A stretch of DNA of 42,741 bases, from assembly GCA_051453625.1 (NCBI GenBank), contig JBOZIK010000001.1:38423092-38465832 (forward strand). Reading direction: 5' to 3'. Made by a program: the position numbers and the translations under genes. Source of the stretch: Welwitschia mirabilis. Its lineage: Eukaryota. The notes below the pieces were generated by a model. The model made no database searches and was not told the origin of the DNA. It saw nothing but the letters and a program-made list of their open reading frames with translations. Positions 35,856 to 42,741 of this stretch are shown piece after piece (the first letter of the stretch is position 1; each line of letters starts with the position of its first letter).

Positions 35856-38445
35856 TGATAAGTGGCTAACTTGTCATATTTAACATATGATTTGAAGTGT
35901 TTTTTGAGGTTTATTTTATAGGTTTAATGTTAAATTAATTATTTTTAATGTCAAGGATCAAAGACAAATAATTAAGCATAATTTGAATTAAAATTAATTA
36001 ATTATGAAGCATTTGAGATAGCACTAGAAAATAAAGCAATTAGTTTCCACCTATCACTAGAAGATAAAGCGCTAAAACACAAAGCATTAAAGGATAAGGC
36101 ACATAATAAGATAACTATATTTTAGATACCGCTAAATTTCAAGAAGCCATATGATAGGTGGATGAATAAAGGAAATGAATACCTATATATTCCACCTATG
36201 ACTATATTTTAAGAAGAATAAGTGATAGTAATTATCAAATAATCATTACATCTATTACTATATTTATATTATAGCCACTCACCTATACCTAGAGGATGAA
36301 GTTAGTGAATGATAAAGAATTAAGTTTTATGTTTAGCTAAAATTGTAATGTAATCATTCTAGTTTGTCCTTTAGATAAATTAGTTTACCATTCAAACCTA
36401 TATAAACCCTTTTAGACCTCCCATTTATTAATCTATATTTTGGCATCAAAGTGCTTATAACATTATAACAACTTGGGCAAGGAGATCCATTCACTTATGA
36501 GAAGGACTACCTTGGTAATGGGCTATGTATCCTCCATTGAGAAGTTGTTACTTATAAGTAGATGTAATGATTTGTATTTTATTAAAAGTTGAACAAATAT
36601 GCTTTTTTCCCTTAAACTCTATCTCTATATTCCTTATACTTTATGTTGATATCAATTTAATCCTATTATAGATTAAATATGATTTTGATATAGAGTATGA
36701 GGACCAACTTGGGTGATAATAAGTTTGTAAAAATGTTAATTAATTGCATTTAGAATTTAAATTTCCATCTCATTGCATTTCCACTTCCATTTTCATTGAT
36801 TAGATTGTATTTCATAATTTGCATTATTTATTTTTATTTTTAAAAGATTAAAAACATAAATTTCTCTCCTTCTCTCTTCCTCTCTTCTCTAAAAAATTAA
36901 GTATTCTTTAGCTTATTTTATTATTTAATTTTATGAACCTAGATTGACACACTCTATACCCTATGTGTTTGTGTCTCATTACTTGAGAATGTTTTATTAG
37001 GAAAGCATAACACATAGCATAACATTTTTGCCAGGGAGGCACTCATGATAGTTGAAAAGAATGTAAATCTTTAAAAGATCAAGTTATACATCAAGAGTAA
37101 GATAATATTATTATTTTAATGTATTACCTTATTTTGGTATTATACATTAGTTTGAAGTTTTGAGTTTTCAATATTTTCTTACTTACTATTTTCATGAGTG
37201 TAATAAAGTTTTTTAATACTTTTATTGTAAGTCTTATTTTAAGTTAGATATATTTTCTTTTAATGATTACATTTAATGACTGATCTACTCCTTATACTTC
37301 AAAATAATTTTTGGTATTACTAAAACTTGGTTTTATAAAAGAGAAAAGAACTCTACATGAAATGTTTTCATAAAGAAAAAAGAACTTTTCATTAAAAAAT
37401 GATGCTTTTATGGAGGAAAAAATGCCTCTATATGAAATCCTTGTTGAAAAAAGAACGAATTTATAAGTAAAAAACAAATCCATGGATCAAGCCTACTCCA
37501 TTATGACTATTACATCCCACTTGAAGAATAACGAGGAGAACTTAGAAACAAATAGAAATTTTTTTTACTTTAAAATAAGAACTGAGATTTTAGATTAATT
37601 TCAACTATTTCACTCATTAAGAGATCACCAAAATAAGAATAATGATCATTTAAATAAACAAAGAGACAAGCATGATAAGGATGATGAAGATGATATAGAT
37701 ATACTAGAACATATCCAAATCTTTACTTATTTTTAGAATGTAATGAGGAATAAGTATTAACTCAAGAAATATTAGTAAATCTTCCATCACATAATGAAGA
37801 TGGTGAACACATTTATCTTTATGATTTTTTTGATGAATTCAACAACTTAGAAAATGAAAATAATACTTTATAAAATAATAATGAGTATAATAAAGAAGTT
37901 GAAGATATAGTTAAAGATAATGATGAATAAAGAAAAAAGTATTCAACAAAGTAATGATAAGAAGAAGAGGAATGATAAAAAACCTAAAGAAATTCAACCA
38001 AACTTAATGGAGGATAGACTTATTTCTTGCAATTCAATAACTCAATCTAAAGAGTTTACCAATGTTTTTCCATTTCTTCTACTTATGTGTCCATGTAAAA
38101 ACCCAAATGACATGCTCCGTTATACTCCTACTTTTATGTTACCTTGTGATCTTAATAATGGTAATATTTCTCCATCTCTTTCATTTTAACATTCATGTAA
38201 TTCTTAAAGCCACATCCCTTTCTTTGTATTTAATGAAATCCATAACCTTGATAAGTTTATTTCTAATATCTCTCCATATATTTGTTGTGATACATATTTG
38301 TGCTTCTAATTTCAATATTCTAAGGAATAAATTTAACTTGCAACATCTAAAAAGCTAATATTCTAATTGCACACAATACACATTTGTATAATGGAATTTA
38401 TCCAAATGTCATATACTTAGAGAAGACTTCTAAAAGATAATATGG
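35856..38445 (+). mobile_element. Element D: plus-strand Athila-like LTR (35856-37024), PBS and degraded internal region without recognisable pol
   Basis: TGATAAGTGG start, CCTATATAAA at ~36397, end ...GCATAACA followed by TTTTTGCCAGGGAG (an internally deleted tRNA-Asp-type PBS). No partner LTR in the window. Confidence 0.55.
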
Positions 38446-39375
38446 AACATTGATTTCAAGAAATAAGAATGATATTTTTGATTTATATGAAATAAAATTA
38501 AATAATTCAAATATGAATGTGGAATGTTATGAAATGAAATGAAATAAAATGCAATGTAATGAATGTAATTATAATGTAATGTACTAATTAAACTTCTAAT
38601 CTATTGTCACTTAGATTGGTCCTATAACCTATTTCAATTACAAATTCATGTCACTTAAATTGCAATTAAGATAATCTATAAGGAAGAACAATAAAACATT
38701 TGAAAATATTTTAATTCAATAGAGACTTTTATTAATGAAATTGAAGTACATCCACTTACGATGATAACTCCTTAATAAAATATTCACTACCTAACATCAA
38801 GGTGGTCCTTTTGATAAGTAGGATGGATTTCCTTGTCTTCAATAATCTTCAATTATCACAAGAATGTAGATAATAAATAAAAATTTTGAATAAGGTCTAA
38901 AAGACCTATTTATAGGTTGGGATAGGTCGCTAAAATGTGTGAAACAAAGAGGTATGAGTTAGATCCACCCTTTCATAACAACTTGATTAAGTTTACAAAT
39001 AATTTTGACCATAATATGTCATTTTGTCCCCATGATATAGAGGACAATACTCGATTTGCCAACTAATGCTTAGCATGTGTTGAAAATGCTAACTATCATC
39101 TTGATCATCTTCCCCATGACACAGAGGATGATCATACTTTTTTGACTATCATTCTCTCTGATATATCCATGACATGGAGGATGACCAATATATCTTCATC
39201 AAATTGCTTTGATTCATCATTATCCAAAAATGGCTTTTTATTTAAGAAATTATTGCATCTTTTGACCTGTATGGAAGCTTTATAGAATTTGCATAAATCC
39301 CTAGAAAAACATGTCAATATGACCTAAAAATGTACTTCAAAAGTGTATTAAATAGGTCATGTTGGCATTAAAACA
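38445..39375 (-). repeat. 3' LTR of element E (left terminus missing)
   Basis: Homologous to A/B LTRs (caagg...ccttt...ggatgga, TATTTATAG at ~38908, terminal TTGGCATTNNAACA). Followed by a decayed PPT-like CCACTCACTT. Confidence 0.7.
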
Positions 39376-40736
39376 TAGCCACTCACTTAGAATTTGTCAG
39401 TCCCAAACAAAGTAAGTCAATAACAAGTTATAAGCTAATTAATAACAAGAAACATGTATATCATTCAGAATTAAGAATATAACATGTGAAACAAATATAT
39501 GAAAAAGCATAAGTAAAATTAACATATATTATAAATCATTAAGTTTAACATCATAGAAAAGTTATATAAGTCATGAAAGAAAGGTAAAGTAGGATAATAT
39601 TTCATGATTGAAAGGTTAGGGGGTAGAAGAGGTTATAAAAAGGGAGATTATTTAAGGAAATAAGATCATTAATATTATCATGTGAAAGGATGATCAAGGT
39701 AAAGGTCAATTTGATTTAATGTATAATAATTAAGTGATGAAAAATATAATAAGTAGATTAGAAAATGACAAAGTTCTAAACATTATTTTGGAAGAGGTGG
39801 AAAAAATGACTTTGAAATAAATCCACAAACTAAGATAATATAAGAAGAAAAATGGACAAGATAGAACATGAAGAAAATTAATTTTTTGCCTAAAATTCAA
39901 ACTTAATAGAACTTCTTGGGAAGGGTTATAAAGCAACTTAATATAGAAATGCATAATTTAATGTGGAACATCATAGAGTACCATTTGAAAGGGTAGTAAA
40001 GATGACAATATCTAATGATTATGTTTAGTAAGGTATCAAGTCATGTTTGGACTATAATTTAATTTCTATTCAACTATAACAACCATGGTACTTTGATAAG
40101 ATATCATCTAATGATCAATATACCCATATGATCTGAAAGTCTATGCCTCAGAGTGAAGGAAGTTTTTAGTCAATGGGGTGTTTAACAACATCATTCATCA
40201 TGATGAGGGAAATGAAAACAATGTAAAGAGAATAAGGACCTACAAGCCAAAGCTAGATCATAGCCAACTAATCCTTTAGTAGAGTTTTCATAGCTACCAT
40301 ATCATACTGTCAAAGGTCCCTCTTGGGAAAATTTACACTAATATGCTTATGGTAGTAAATCCTGGTATAATTGCAAGAGGGTGATTCATTTTTCTTTTTC
40401 TTTTTATTTTCCCTTTTTTAAGTGATATTTCACTCTTGATTTTGATTTTTTTACTCTTTTCCATTGACTTTGATTTCCCATTTTTGACAACACCGATTCA
40501 TCATTAGAATAATAATATAATAAAGTATATGGCTAGAAATAAGCATCAAGTTAATACTATTGATATTTTGGCATAAAATAACCAAGGATATTAATTGTAG
40601 ATATTGGAATATCTTAATATTGGCTAAGTCCAATCTTTATCACATGAAAAAATAAAGTAAAGAATTACTTAATCATGGTAACACCTATGAAAGTCAAACA
40701 TAAATCAAGCTAAAGATGATCAAGTAGTCTCATAAC

Positions 40737-42708
40737 TTAAATCAAGAAATGAGAAGAAAAAAGAATATAGTAGATGACTAAGGGAAGATCTTCCTTTTTG
40801 TGAAGAGGATCATCCAAGTTAATTACTTCCATCATGTTCAAGATATAACAACAATCATTTGGAGATGTATGAAGTTTTAAATTTTGTCCATTTACTCTTT
40901 GGATTTCTTGAGTTTTAAGATTAAAAATATTAATAGAGCCATTGCAATGTATCCTTTCCACATGATAAGAACCAAGTCATTTAGAGGTCAGATTGTTATG
41001 TATAGGATTTACTCGAGTATTATGAAAAAGCATAGATTGACTTGTTTCTATAAGTTTAGTAATTTTATCCTTGATTAATAGCTTAATGGTAGGAATAAGT
41101 AAGGCTTTTTCTTAGAAACGATAAAGTTAAGAACTAATGATCAATGGCTTATTAGGAATGTTAGTTGAGAATATGTATTTCAAGTCATTGGATAAGTCTT
41201 TAAGTTGAAGATCATTTTTATCTTTCATAGTTGTAAAACACAAATCTGGATGCAAATGATTTTTAATGGATCTTATATGTTAGATATCATGATTAAGTAT
41301 GAGTTCAAAGTCCTCATGAAAATCATTATTAAAAGTATGGTTTAAAAGATTTGGATTGAGGTTGCAAGGATTAGAGGAGTTTAAATATTTAAGAATAATA
41401 GAAGATTCTTCCTCATCCTCAAACAAGATAGAGTTATATAATAAAAGAAGTCTTTCTTTTAAAGGATGGTGTTGAAATAACATAAATGAGATAACTTTTT
41501 ATTCTATGTCTAATTCATTTTCCATTTTTTTTTAGTGGAATTGAATAGTTTGATACTAAAAAATTTTATTACCTATATGACATTCCATCATACTTATGCA
41601 AGTATCAATGAGATAATCNNNNNNNNNNNNNNNNNNNNNNNNNNNNNNNNNNNNNNNNNNNNNNNNNNNNNNNNNNNNNNNNNNNNNNNNNNNNNNNNNN
41701 NNNNNNNNNNNNNNNNNNCACAAATCTGGATGCAAATGATTTTTAATGGATCTGATATGTTAGATATCATGATTAAGTATGAGTTCAAAGTCCTTATGAA
41801 AATCAGTATTAGAAGTATGGTTTAAAAGATTTGGATTGAATTTGCAAGGATTAGAGGAGTTTAAATATTTAAGAATAATAGAAAATTCTTCCTCATCCTC
41901 AAACAAGATAAATTTATATAATAAAAGGAGTATTTCTTTTAAAGGATGGTATTGAAATAACATGAATGAGATAACTTTTTATTCTATGTATAATTCATTT
42001 TCCATGTTTTTTTAGTGGAATTGAATAGTCTGATACTAAAAAATTTTATTACCTATATGACGTTCCATCATACTTATGCAAGTATCAATGAGATAGTTGG
42101 CTGTCGCACAAAAGGTTATTCCTAAAAGTAGAGGATATCCTCCATTATGTTCAACCTCAATGATGATCACATCTNNNNNNNNNNNNNNNNNNNNNNNNNN
42201 NNNNNNNNNNNNNNNNNNNNNNNNNNNNNNNNNNNNNNNNNNNNNNNNNNNNNNNNNNNNNNNNNNNNNNNNNNTATTACCTATATGACATTCCATCATA
42301 CTTATGCAAGTATCAATGAGATAATCGGCTGTTGCACAAAAGGTTATTCCTAAAAGTAGAGTGTATCCTCCATTATGTTCAACCTCAATGATGATCACAT
42401 CTATAGTATGGAAAGATTTCTTAATTTAAATCACTAAATCTTTAATTATTCCTATAGGTTTATTAATTGGTACACACCTAATTCAATACTATTTTAGTAG
42501 GTTCAATTCTCTCTTCTAATCTAAGCTTTTTACAAATGTGTAAAGGCATAATATTAACATTTTCTCCTATGTCTATTAAATTTTTTTTGATTTTCTCAGT
42601 TCCTTTCAAAATAACACCAATAGTGGCTACCTCAAGATCTTTAAACTTAGGACATTTTTAAGAAAATAAGTTGGAAAGAGATTGTGCAATAAATACTTTA
42701 CTTAGAAT

Positions 42709-42710
<2 letters not shown>
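40737..42710 (-). pseudogene. Protease-linker-integrase C-terminus remnant of element E
   Basis: KFKDLEVATIGVILKG, LIDIGENVNIMPLHICKKL, GGYPLLLGITFCATANYLID, LQLKDLSNDLKYIF and QRVNGQNLKLH. Confidence 0.82.

Positions 42711-42711
<1 letters not shown>

Positions 42712-42741
<30 letters not shown>
42712..42741. repeat. (AT)n microsatellite
   Basis: Perfect AT dinucleotide run to the end of the window. Confidence 0.95.

Larger units (their letters stand above)
38445..42741 (-). mobile_element. Element E: Athila-like deletion derivative related to A/B (continues beyond the window)
   Basis: 3' LTR ending TTGGCATTAAAACA (39375), 3' non-coding blocks shared with A/B, INT C-terminus, pre-RT linker and protease remnants. 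Confidence 0.8.

Noticed and set aside
41238..42402. Apparent tandem duplication of coding segments in E (twin ORFs 41280-41483 and 41760-41963)
   Set aside because: Same gap-flank duplication pattern as elsewhere in the window, so most likely unmerged haplotypes.
1..42741. Host species or fungal RIP assignment from AT richness
   Set aside because: Athila and SIRE are plant lineages and methylation-driven decay suffices. The species cannot be determined without a database search.

Overview
AT-rich, heavily gapped eukaryotic DNA, plant-like judging by its retrotransposon lineages. Almost the whole window is a nest of decayed LTR retrotransposons. I see no intact host gene, RNA gene or CRISPR array, and most long ORFs in the track are N-gap artefacts. 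Elements from left to right: (A) a minus-strand Ty3/gypsy Athila-like element (left end unresolved, to 13474) inserted into the 5' LTR of (S) a plus-strand Ty1/copia SIRE-like element (to ~23107, with an extra env-like ORF remnant). (C) is an older minus-strand Athila-like element (~23108-35855), split by (B), a bounded Athila-like copy at 23608-31634 with an AAGAA target-site duplication. (D) is a plus-strand Athila-like LTR+PBS with no recognisable pol (35856-~38445). (E) is a minus-strand Athila-like copy (~38445 to window end) whose polyprotein carries two in-frame deletions joining the protease/linker to the integrase C-terminus. Many ~100-N gaps are flanked by ~4-5% diverged duplicates, most likely unmerged haplotypes. 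I cannot support a genuinely new biological system here. The best leads are the in-frame PR/INT-C fusion in E, the 22/66-bp phased palindrome arrays in S, and a non-coding block conserved across three Athila copies. All alignments and translations were done by eye, so coordinates of decayed domains are approximate.
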